A stretch of DNA of 32,000 nt, taken from NCBI RefSeq assembly GCF_000327045.1, contig NC_019940.1, positions 2,954,038-2,986,037 on the forward strand. The letters are read 5' to 3'. Positions 24,669-32,000 of the stretch are shown here, one piece after another. Numbering within the stretch: the stretch's first letter is position 1; each line of letters opens with the position of its first letter. Made by a program: the position numbers and the translations under genes. Below the pieces are notes generated by a model that did not search any database, had not been told where the DNA came from, and saw only the letters and a program-made list of their open reading frames with translations. Source of the DNA: Thioflavicoccus mobilis 8321. Lineage in GTDB: Bacteria > Pseudomonadota > Gammaproteobacteria > Chromatiales > Chromatiaceae.

Positions 24669-26735
24669 ATGGCCAGATACCAAGCGACGCGACGCCGCGC
24701 CAGCCGACGCCGGAGGCCCATCGGGCGAGAGCTGCACGTCGCCCTGCCGTGGCTCGCGCTCGCCCTCATCGCGGCGCTCCCGGCCTCGCTCGGGATCAGC
24801 ATCCTCACCGACGAGGCCGAGCGCCAGCGGCATGACTTCCTCGTCGCCGAGGCGGCGCTGGCGCGCGGCGAGCGGGACTCGGTCCAGGATCTCGTCGCCG
24901 GCCTGAGCGACTATCCCCTCTTCCCCTACCTGCGCTACGCCGAGCTCGCCGCCGACCTGGAGGCAGCGAATCCAGAGGCAGTCGCGGCATTCCTCGAGAC
25001 CTACCCGGAGACCCCGCTCGCCGACCGGCTGCGCAGCGCCTGGCTCGATCGGCTCGCCCGGCAAGGCCGTTGGTCGGACTATCTGACCCTCTACCGGCCG
25101 GGTGGCCCTACCGCCGAGCGCTGCCACTACCTCCATGCCTTGATCGCAACCGAACTGGGCACCGAGGCCCTCGACGCAGTCGAACCCCTGTGGCTCGTCG
25201 GCCGTTCCCAGCCGGCCGCCTGCGACCCGGTCTTCACCGCCTGGCGCGCCGCCGCACGCCTGACACCGTCCCTCGTCTGGCAACGGATCGAGCTGGCGAT
25301 GGCCGCGGGTAGGCGCCGCCTCGCCGCCTATCTCGGGCGTTTCCTGCCCGAGGCGCCAGCGACCGACCGGGAATGGCTCGCCCGCTGGCTGGCCGTCGAC
25401 GCCGACCCGACCCTCATCGAGGACCCCGACAGCTTCCCCACCGATCACGCCGAGCGGGACGAGGTCATCGCCCATGGCCTCGTCCGGCTGGCCGCCGAGG
25501 ATCCCGAGCGCGCCGCGACCGCCTGGGAGACCTGGCAGTCGCGGTTCGCACCCACGGCAGCGCAGGCGGCCGCCGTCGAGGCGGCACTCGGGCTCGCCCT
25601 TGCGCAGCGCGGCGACGAGCGCGCCCTCGACTATCTCGATCGGGTGCCGGCGGACGGGGCCAACCAGGCCTTCCAGGAACGGCGCCTGAGGATCGCGCTG
25701 GCCCACGAGGACTGGCCAAGGGTCGCCGACTGGATCGAGCGGATGCCGCCCGGTGAGCGCAAGACAGAGCGCTGGCTGTATTGGCAGGCGCGGGCCGCCG
25801 ACGCCCTTGGCCAGACCGAGACCGCGCGGCACTTCTATCGTCAGGCGGCCGAGGTCCGCGGCTTCTGGGGCTTTCTCGCCGCCGAGCGGATCGGCGCGCC
25901 CTACAACCTGACCCACCAGCCGACAGAGGCCCCTGACCGGCTCCGCGACCTCGTCGCCGACCCTGCCCTGCGGCGCATCGAGGAGTTGTCCGCCCTCGGG
26001 CGCGAGGCGGACCTGCGCCGCGAGTGGACGCACCTGATCGCCGACCTCGACGCCGACGGCCTCCAGGCCGCAGCGCTCGTCGCCACCGTGCTCGACTGGC
26101 CCGACATCGCGATCCGCACGCTGGCCCGGTCCGGGCGCTGGGACGACCTGGCGCTGCGCTTCCCGACGCCGCACCGCGACCTGGTCCAGGCCGAGGCGAC
26201 CGCGACCGGCCTGCCCGAGAGCTGGATCTACGCCATCATCCGCCAGGAGAGCCTGTTCCGCCCGAGCGCCGGCTCGCGGGCCGGGGCCGTCGGCCTGATG
26301 CAGCTCATGCCGGCCACGGCCCGCTGGATCGCGCCCCAGCTCGGCCACTCGACGCCGACCCGGCCCGAGCTGCTGGAACCGGCGACCAACATCGCCCTGG
26401 GGGCCGGCTATCTGGCCCATGTGCGCGACCGTTTCGACGGCGACCCGGTGCTGGCGACAGCCGCCTACAACGCCGGGCCCGGCCGGGTGCGGCGCTGGCG
26501 CCCGACACGGCCCGAGGCGGCCGATCTCTGGATCGCCACCATCCCGTTCGACGAGACCCGCGACTATGTCGAGCGCGTGCTCGCCTACCGCCTGATCTAC
26601 GCCGCCCGACTCGGCCTCGACGACGGCCCGCTCGGCCGCTGGCTCGCGCCGCTCGGAGGCACCGACGAGGAGACCCCGGCCGGCGACCAGGCTCCGACCT
26701 CATCGACGGCTCTGCTAGACTCTTCACCACCATGA
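24669..26735 (+). CDS. slt: Soluble lytic murein transglycosylase (Slt70-like)
   Basis: 688 aa. A signal-like N-terminus ('LPWLALALIAALPASLG') is followed by a long superhelical repeat region. The C-terminal lysozyme-like domain carries 'IIRQESLFRPSAGSRAGAVGLMQLMPATA' and 'AAYNAGPGRVRRW'. Confidence 0.88.
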   Translation: MARYQATRRRASRRRRPIGRELHVALPWLALALIAALPASLGISILTDEAERQRHDFLVAEAALARGERDSVQDLVAGLSDYPLFPYLRYAELAADLEAANPEAVAAFLETYPETPLADRLRSAWLDRLARQGRWSDYLTLYRPGGPTAERCHYLHALIATELGTEALDAVEPLWLVGRSQPAACDPVFTAWRAAARLTPSLVWQRIELAMAAGRRRLAAYLGRFLPEAPATDREWLARWLAVDADPTLIEDPDSFPTDHAERDEVIAHGLVRLAAEDPERAATAWETWQSRFAPTAAQAAAVEAALGLALAQRGDERALDYLDRVPADGANQAFQERRLRIALAHEDWPRVADWIERMPPGERKTERWLYWQARAADALGQTETARHFYRQAAEVRGFWGFLAAERIGAPYNLTHQPTEAPDRLRDLVADPALRRIEELSALGREADLRREWTHLIADLDADGLQAAALVATVLDWPDIAIRTLARSGRWDDLALRFPTPHRDLVQAEATATGLPESWIYAIIRQESLFRPSAGSRAGAVGLMQLMPATARWIAPQLGHSTPTRPELLEPATNIALGAGYLAHVRDRFDGDPVLATAAYNAGPGRVRRWRPTRPEAADLWIATIPFDETRDYVERVLAYRLIYAARLGLDDGPLGRWLAPLGGTDEETPAGDQAPTSSTALLDSSPP

Positions 26736-27304
26736 AGAATCGCGTCACCTCCATCCTCTTCCTCACGCTCTTGCTGGCGAACGGCGTGGCCATCCAGGCC
26801 GACGACGCCAATCGCAATCGCGCCGCCATGGCCGATGCGATGACGCGGATGATGGACGCCATGGGCTTCCTCGGCGACAACGCCACGCCCCCGAGCACCG
26901 GCTGGTGGGCGGCCCCCGGCGGCGGACCGATGATGCCTTCCCTCGGCAACCCCATGCCCTACTACGGCATGGACCAGATGCTCGAGCGCTTGCCGCAGGG
27001 CACGCCGCTGCCAGGGGCGGGCGAGACGCCGCCGTGGCAGGTCGGACCGCTCGAGGGACTCTGGGAGAGCCCGAATGACGGCCTGTTGATCGTCCAAGGT
27101 AACCGCTACCGTCTCTATCAACCCTGCGCCGGGCATGTCGACGGCACGCTCCAGGTCAACGCCGACCGTCTCCTGCTGCGCAATCGTACCCAGGGGATCG
27201 AGCACCGCTTCGAGATCGCCCTGCAGGGCGGGCGCCTGGCCCTACGCAGTGACAACGGCCAGATCTACCTCTATCGGCGACTGCGATTGGGGATGCCTCG
27301 CTAA
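26732..27304 (+). CDS. Secreted hypothetical protein with a Met/Gly/Pro-rich segment
   Basis: The ATG at 26732 overlaps the slt stop (ATGA). The signal peptide is 'MKNRVTSILFLTLLLANGVAIQA'. The Met-rich segment reads 'AAMADAMTRMMDAMGFLG...GGGPMMPSLGNPMPYYGMDQM'. The track ORF 26024..27304 is an artefactual upstream extension into slt. Confidence 0.6.
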   Translation: MKNRVTSILFLTLLLANGVAIQADDANRNRAAMADAMTRMMDAMGFLGDNATPPSTGWWAAPGGGPMMPSLGNPMPYYGMDQMLERLPQGTPLPGAGETPPWQVGPLEGLWESPNDGLLIVQGNRYRLYQPCAGHVDGTLQVNADRLLLRNRTQGIEHRFEIALQGGRLALRSDNGQIYLYRRLRLGMPR

Positions 27305-27384
27305 GGCGGCGGCGACGCAGCCGAATGACCCGAGCGACCATATCGCGGCATATCTCCGGCCTCGAGACGAATTCGAGCATACCG

Positions 27385-28419
27385 ATGGCACGCCAGCGAC
27401 CCGATGACCGGCGACCCGTCGCACGGTCCGCCAGCACCCGCCCCCAGCGCTGGGGCATCGCGCGCTTGAAAGCGCGCCTCGCGGCCATGATGCGCCGCGT
27501 ACCACTCGCCCGCGACGGTACCGCGCGCGTTGGGCAGCGCTACATCTTCATCCTGCCCACCGGCACCGGCCTGATGCTCACCGTGGTCCTGCTCGTCACG
27601 CTGGCGGGCTCGCTCAACTACCAGAACAATCTGGGCCTGCTATTCACCTTCATCCTCGCCTCGGCCGCCGTTGTCAGCATGCATCAGACCTGGCTCAACC
27701 TGCTCGGTCTGGAGGTTTGGGCCAGCGCCGGTCCCGGCGTCTTCGCCGGCGACGAGGCCGAGTTCACGATCACGCTGCGCGACCCAAGCCAACGGGACCG
27801 CACCGACCTGCGGCTGCGCGGCTGGGTCGGTCGCGTCCACCCGGTCGCGCTCGCCGCCGGCGCCCAGGATCGGGTGACGCTGACCGTACCGAGCGAGCGG
27901 CGCGGCCGTCTGACCCTGGGCACTGTGCCGATCGAGACCGAGTTCCCACTCGGCCTCTTTCGCGCCTGGTGCCTCATCGACAGCGACGCCAGCATCATCG
28001 TCTTCCCGCGCCCGGCCCCAGTCGCGCCGCTGCCGCCACCGGCGGCCTCGGCCGGCTCGGCACGCGCCCAGGGCGATCGCGGCGAGGGAGCCGACGACTT
28101 CATCGGCCCGCGCAGCTATCGCCCGGGCGACTCGCCGCGGCGCCTCGACTGGAAGGCCCTGGCCCGCGAGCGGGGCCTCGTAGTCAAGCAGTTCGGCGGT
28201 GACCGCGCCGAGGAGCTGTGGCTCGACTGGGATCAGGTCGATGCCGCCGACACCGAGACCCGCCTGAGCCGGCTCTGCCGGCAGGTGCTCGATGCGGCCG
28301 AGGCCCATGTGCGCTTCAGTCTGCGTCTACCGGGGCGCACGCTGCCGCTCGATTCGGGTGACGCCCACCGACTACGCTGCCTAGAGGCCCTGGCGACCTT
28401 TGGCCAAGACCCACTATAG
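27385..28419 (+). CDS. DUF58 domain-containing protein
   Basis: Two N-terminal TM helices ('YIFILPTGTGLMLTVVLLVTLAGSLNYQNNLGLLFTFILA') and the DUF58 signature 'DFIGPRSYRPGDSPRRLDWKALARERGLVVKQF'. The start is uncertain; candidates are ATG 27385, the ORF-track start at 27325 and the ATGs at ~27487. Confidence 0.8.
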   Translation: MARQRPDDRRPVARSASTRPQRWGIARLKARLAAMMRRVPLARDGTARVGQRYIFILPTGTGLMLTVVLLVTLAGSLNYQNNLGLLFTFILASAAVVSMHQTWLNLLGLEVWASAGPGVFAGDEAEFTITLRDPSQRDRTDLRLRGWVGRVHPVALAAGAQDRVTLTVPSERRGRLTLGTVPIETEFPLGLFRAWCLIDSDASIIVFPRPAPVAPLPPPAASAGSARAQGDRGEGADDFIGPRSYRPGDSPRRLDWKALARERGLVVKQFGGDRAEELWLDWDQVDAADTETRLSRLCRQVLDAAEAHVRFSLRLPGRTLPLDSGDAHRLRCLEALATFGQDPL

Positions 28420-30376
28420 CGAGCACCTCGCCGCCGGCCAGGTCGCCGCCATCACCACGCTGCTGGCGCTCGCCTATCTGCCGCTCGCGCAATGGCTTGC
28501 GGTGCGGGTCAGTCTCTTCGTCGCCGCGGCCATCGCGCTGCGCCTTGCCGCGCTGCGCTGGCCGGCGCTGACGCCCAGCCGCTGGCTCCTGCTGCCGTTG
28601 ACCGCCGCCGGCGCCCTCAACGTGCTGAGCGCCTACGCGAGCATCTCCGGGCGCGCCGCCGGTAGCGCCCTGCTCGCGACCATGCTGGTACTGAAGCTCC
28701 TGGAGATCCGCGGCAAACGCGACGTGCGCCTGCTCGCGATCCTGTTCGGCTTCCTGCTCGCGAGCCAGTTTCTCTTCGACCAATCGCCGCAGCTCGTCGC
28801 CTACCTGCTCCTGCTGCTGGTCGCCGACCTGGCGCTGATGGCCGATCTCACGGCCCGCACCGCATCACGCCCGCTCCTCGGCGCCGTGCGCGCGGCCGGC
28901 CGGCTGTTCCTCCTGTCGCTGCCGCTCGCGATCGCGCTGTTCATCCTCTTTCCGCGGCTCAGCAGCCCGCTCTGGAGCCTCGGGGAGGACGAACAGGCCG
29001 GGGTCACCGGGCTCTCCGACCGGCTGGAACCGGGCAGCGTATCCGAGCTGGTCCTCTCGGGCGAGCCGGCCTTCCGTGTCTGGTTCGACAAGCCGCCACC
29101 GCCCACCGAGCAGCTCTACTGGCGTGGCCCGGTGCTCTGGGAGATGGACGGACGGGGCTGGGGACCGCGCCCCGCCGAGGCATCGGCCGTGGCAGGTCCA
29201 CTGGCCGAGGCCGACGGGCGGATCGGCTATCAGATCGTCATGGAACCGAGCGACCAGCGCTGGCTCCTGGCCCTCGACCTGCCGATCGAGATCCCGGGTC
29301 AGGCGCGCCTGACCATTGACTACCAGGTGCTCGTGAACGAGCGCCTGACCAACACCGAACGCTATCGAATCGTCTCGGCGACCCGCTACCGCACCGGGAC
29401 GCTCGACCCGGCGATGGCCGCAGCCGGCCGCGGGCTGCCGCCGAACGTGACGCCACGCATGCGTGCCCTGGTCGCAAGCTGGACCCGTGACAGTGCCGCC
29501 CCCGCCGAGGTCGTCGACCGCGCGCTCGCCTACTTCAACCGCGAGCCCTTCCACTACACGCTGTCACCGCCGCCGCTCGGCGGCAATCCGACCGACGAAT
29601 TCCTCTTCGAGACCCGGCGTGGCTTCTGCGAGCATTACGCCAGCGCCCTTGCCGTGCTACTGCGCATCGCCGACATCCCGACCCGCGTCGTACTCGGCTA
29701 CCACGGCGGCGAACCCAATCCGCTCGGTGGCTACCTCATCGTGCGCCAGTCGGATGCCCACGCTTGGGTCGAGGCCTGGCTCCTGGGCGAGGGCTGGCGG
29801 CGCCTCGACCCGACCGCGGCAATCGCGAGCGAGCGCGTCGAGCGCGGCCCCGAGATCGAGGGACTCGGCGCCACGGCCCCGCTGCGCTTCGGCACCGAAG
29901 AGCTCGATCGCTTCGCTCGTCTCGCCCACCGGCTGCGCCTCGTCGCCGACGCCCTGCAGGCCGGTTGGCAGAACTGGGTGCTGGACTTCTCCAGCGCCGA
30001 TCAGCTCGCCCTGATGTCGCTGATCGGCCTCGGCTACCTCAGCGAATACGGCCTGGTGGTCGCGATGATCCTGGTCGCCACGGTGATCACCGGGCTCACG
30101 GTCCTCTACCTGGCCCGCGGCCGGCCGCGCGACCCCCTGGAGGTCCTCTTCGACCGCTTCGCCGCCCGCCTCGCCCGCATCGGCCTGCGGCGACGGCCGA
30201 ACGAAGGCCCGCTCGACTTCGGCCGCCGAGTCGCAGCCCGTCGCCCGGACCTGCGGGCGCAGGTCGACCCCTTCCTCTCGCTCTACATCCGGTTACGCTA
30301 CGGCCGCGCCAATCGCAAGGTGGGCCTGCCGGCGCTCAGAAAGAGACTCCAGCGGGTGCGACCGCAACGGCGCTGA
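28400..30376 (+). CDS. tgpA: Membrane transglutaminase-like protein (TgpA-type: N-terminal TM region + transglutaminase core + C-terminal TM/DUF4129-like)
   Basis: 658 aa with multiple N-terminal TM helices. The transglutaminase core contains 'RRGFCEHYASALAVLLRIADIPTRVVLGY' (Cys) and 'SDAHAWVEAWL' (His). The TTG start at 28400 overlaps the DUF58 gene end, and the exact start is uncertain. Confidence 0.83.
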   Translation: MAKTHYSEHLAAGQVAAITTLLALAYLPLAQWLAVRVSLFVAAAIALRLAALRWPALTPSRWLLLPLTAAGALNVLSAYASISGRAAGSALLATMLVLKLLEIRGKRDVRLLAILFGFLLASQFLFDQSPQLVAYLLLLLVADLALMADLTARTASRPLLGAVRAAGRLFLLSLPLAIALFILFPRLSSPLWSLGEDEQAGVTGLSDRLEPGSVSELVLSGEPAFRVWFDKPPPPTEQLYWRGPVLWEMDGRGWGPRPAEASAVAGPLAEADGRIGYQIVMEPSDQRWLLALDLPIEIPGQARLTIDYQVLVNERLTNTERYRIVSATRYRTGTLDPAMAAAGRGLPPNVTPRMRALVASWTRDSAAPAEVVDRALAYFNREPFHYTLSPPPLGGNPTDEFLFETRRGFCEHYASALAVLLRIADIPTRVVLGYHGGEPNPLGGYLIVRQSDAHAWVEAWLLGEGWRRLDPTAAIASERVERGPEIEGLGATAPLRFGTEELDRFARLAHRLRLVADALQAGWQNWVLDFSSADQLALMSLIGLGYLSEYGLVVAMILVATVITGLTVLYLARGRPRDPLEVLFDRFAARLARIGLRRRPNEGPLDFGRRVAARRPDLRAQVDPFLSLYIRLRYGRANRKVGLPALRKRLQRVRPQRR

Positions 30377-30380
30377 GACC

Positions 30381-31922
30381 TCAAGAGGTCGCCGGGGCAG
30401 TGCGCCGCAGCAGCCGCCGCCCGTCGAGCAGCACCACGGCCGCCAGATAGACGGCCATGCATAGGGTCCCTGCGAGTGGCGCGCTCCAGCCGAGCTGGAC
30501 CACCAGCACCCGGCTGCCTAGATAAAGGGCGACGCCGAAGACCAGGTAGCCCAACACCCGCCCGACCTCGTAGGGCACCGGGTAGTAGTGCCGCCCGAGC
30601 AGGTAGGAGATGGCCACCATCGACCCATAGCAGGCCAGGTGGGCCCAGGCCGCACCCTCGTAGCCCCAGCGCGGCACCGACCACAGGAGCAGCGCGACCG
30701 TGATCGCCGAGCCGATCAGGGCGACGCCGGCCCCCAGCAGGGTGCGGTCGGTCAACTTGTACCAGATCGAGAGGTTGACGTAGACGCCGAGCAGGGCGCT
30801 CGCCAGCAGCAGCACCGGCACGACATGAAGCCCTTCGCGATAGGCGGCGCCGACAAAATACTGGAAGAGATCAAGGTAGAGGGTCACCAGCAGAAACAGG
30901 AAGACGCAGCCGATCACGAACCAGTTCAGCACCAGGGCATAGGTCGCGCGTGCGTCGCGCTCCTTGGCATAGCTGAAGAAGAAAGGCTCGCCGGCATAGC
31001 GGAAGGCCTGGATGAACAGGGCCATCAGGACCGAGAGCTTGTAGCAGGCGCTGTAGATACCGAGCTGCGCCATGTTGGTCTCGGGATCGTAGGGCAGCAG
31101 GTACTTGAGCGCCGCGCGGTCGAGCATCTCGTTGGTGATGCCGGCGAAGCCGATGATGACCATCGGCAGCGAGTAGCGCAGCAACGCCCTGAGCAGGGCC
31201 GGATCGAACTGGCCGAGACCGCCGCGCAACTGCGGCACGAGGAGCAGGAGCTTCATCAGGCTCGCCGTCAGATTGGCGATGAAGACGTAGCCGACGCCGA
31301 TTCGCGGGTCCCACAGCGAGCCGAGCAGAGACTCGGGGTCGGCCAGCCAGGCGTGCCGGCAGAGGTAAACGAAGAACAGCGTCAGCCCGACGTTCGCCGC
31401 GATCTCCAGGAGCTTGATCGTCGCGAAGCGCGCGGCCCGCTCCTCGGCGCGCAGCCGGGCGAAGGCCGCGGCACCGACCGAGTCGAGCGCCAGGATCGCC
31501 GCGCACCACCAGATGTATTCGGGGTTTTCCGGGTGGCGCAGCAGATCGGCGAGCGGCCCCTGGTAGAACAGGACGAGGACCAGGAAGGCGCCGTTGGCGA
31601 TGGCGAGGAAACGCAGCACGGTGCCGTAGACGGTCGCCGGCGGCCACTCCTCGCGCGAGCGGAAGCGGAAGTAGCCGGTCTCCAGCCCGAACAGCAGGAC
31701 CACGGCAAAAAAGCCCATGTAGGCGTAGAGCTCGGCGACGACCCCATACTCGGCGGGGGCGAAGGTATAGGTCAGCAGCGGGACGAGCAGGTAGTTGAGC
31801 AGACGCCCGAAGACGCTGCTCAGGCCGTAGATGGCCGTCTGAGAGGCGAGTCGCTTGAGCGGATTCAAGGCAAGGGATCCTGGTCGTATCCTGGTGACAC
31901 CGAGCGGTGCCGAGGTGCGCAC
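30381..31922 (-). CDS. Polysaccharide/oligosaccharide flippase (Wzx-like, MOP superfamily)
   Basis: Polytopic membrane protein with a typical N-terminus 'LASQTAIYGLSSVFGRLLNYLLVPLLTYTF'. The track start is the GTG at 31922. A TTG at 31868 (MNPLKRLASQ...) with an AGGA upstream is at least as plausible. Confidence 0.8.
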   Translation of the reverse strand: MRTSAPLGVTRIRPGSLALNPLKRLASQTAIYGLSSVFGRLLNYLLVPLLTYTFAPAEYGVVAELYAYMGFFAVVLLFGLETGYFRFRSREEWPPATVYGTVLRFLAIANGAFLVLVLFYQGPLADLLRHPENPEYIWWCAAILALDSVGAAAFARLRAEERAARFATIKLLEIAANVGLTLFFVYLCRHAWLADPESLLGSLWDPRIGVGYVFIANLTASLMKLLLLVPQLRGGLGQFDPALLRALLRYSLPMVIIGFAGITNEMLDRAALKYLLPYDPETNMAQLGIYSACYKLSVLMALFIQAFRYAGEPFFFSYAKERDARATYALVLNWFVIGCVFLFLLVTLYLDLFQYFVGAAYREGLHVVPVLLLASALLGVYVNLSIWYKLTDRTLLGAGVALIGSAITVALLLWSVPRWGYEGAAWAHLACYGSMVAISYLLGRHYYPVPYEVGRVLGYLVFGVALYLGSRVLVVQLGWSAPLAGTLCMAVYLAAVVLLDGRRLLRRTAPATS

Positions 31923-32000
31923 AGTTTAACCCCTCCCCCTCCCCGCAGCGGATCGACCAGAATCCCGCCTTCGAGGATGGAAGACCGAGGCGACAGATCG

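Noticed and set aside
23524-24906. 460-aa Arg/Pro-rich plus-strand ORF
   Set aside because: It is an alternate frame over the ADP-ribosylglycohydrolase gene and the start of slt. The extreme Arg/Pro composition marks an off-frame reading of GC-rich coding DNA.
24549-26420. 623-aa minus-strand ORF
   Set aside because: Antisense to slt. The composition is Gly/Arg/Pro-rich with no motifs, whereas the plus-strand frame carries the lytic transglycosylase catalytic motifs.
26024-26731. Upstream extension of the secreted-protein ORF (track ORF 26024..27304)
   Set aside because: The extension is an off-frame reading of slt (Arg/Pro/Gly-rich). A proper ATG with a signal peptide begins at 26732, overlapping the slt stop.
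1-32000. Search for CRISPR arrays, tandem repeats, tRNA/rRNA genes and IS elements
   Set aside because: I saw no regularly spaced direct repeats, no cloverleaf-type tRNA apart from the tRNA-like domain of ssrA, no rRNA-like sequence and no transposase-like translation. This search was by eye only and is not exhaustive.

Overview
This is a visibly GC-rich proteobacterial chromosome segment; the tmRNA tag ANDDNYALAA fits a gamma- or beta-proteobacterium. LEFT (1-9.7 kb): the 3' part of a WecA/MraY-like glycosyltransferase. Next, on the minus strand, a methylcitrate-cycle cluster: prpE, a GntR-type regulator, prpB, prpC and prpD. Then a DHH-family phosphoesterase and a decayed feo locus (feoA with an in-frame TGA, no feoB, and a small Cys-rich membrane ORF). 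CENTRE (9.7-21 kb): ssrA (tmRNA) followed by an ~10.9 kb insertion. The insertion is bounded by an exact 15-bp direct repeat of the tmRNA 3' end (10100-10114 and 20996-21010). I found no integrase inside it. Its cargo is a gapless six-gene minus-strand array, abiEi-abiEii-jetA-jetB-jetC-jetD. This is an AbiE toxin-antitoxin/abortive-infection pair joined directly to a MukF/MukE/MukB-like condensin plus a Toprim nuclease, i.e. a Wadjet / MksBEFG-type anti-plasmid system. The insertion also carries a small trailing ORF and a divergent 406-aa protein of unknown function. This defence island is the main item of interest. RIGHT (21-32 kb): a Cache-GGDEF diguanylate cyclase and an ~860 bp gene-poor stretch. 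These are followed by an ADP-ribosylglycohydrolase, lytic transglycosylase Slt, a Met-rich secreted protein, a DUF58-transglutaminase (TgpA-like) pair and a Wzx-like flippase. Many long ORFs in the six-frame track are antisense or alternate-frame artefacts of the high GC content and were rejected.
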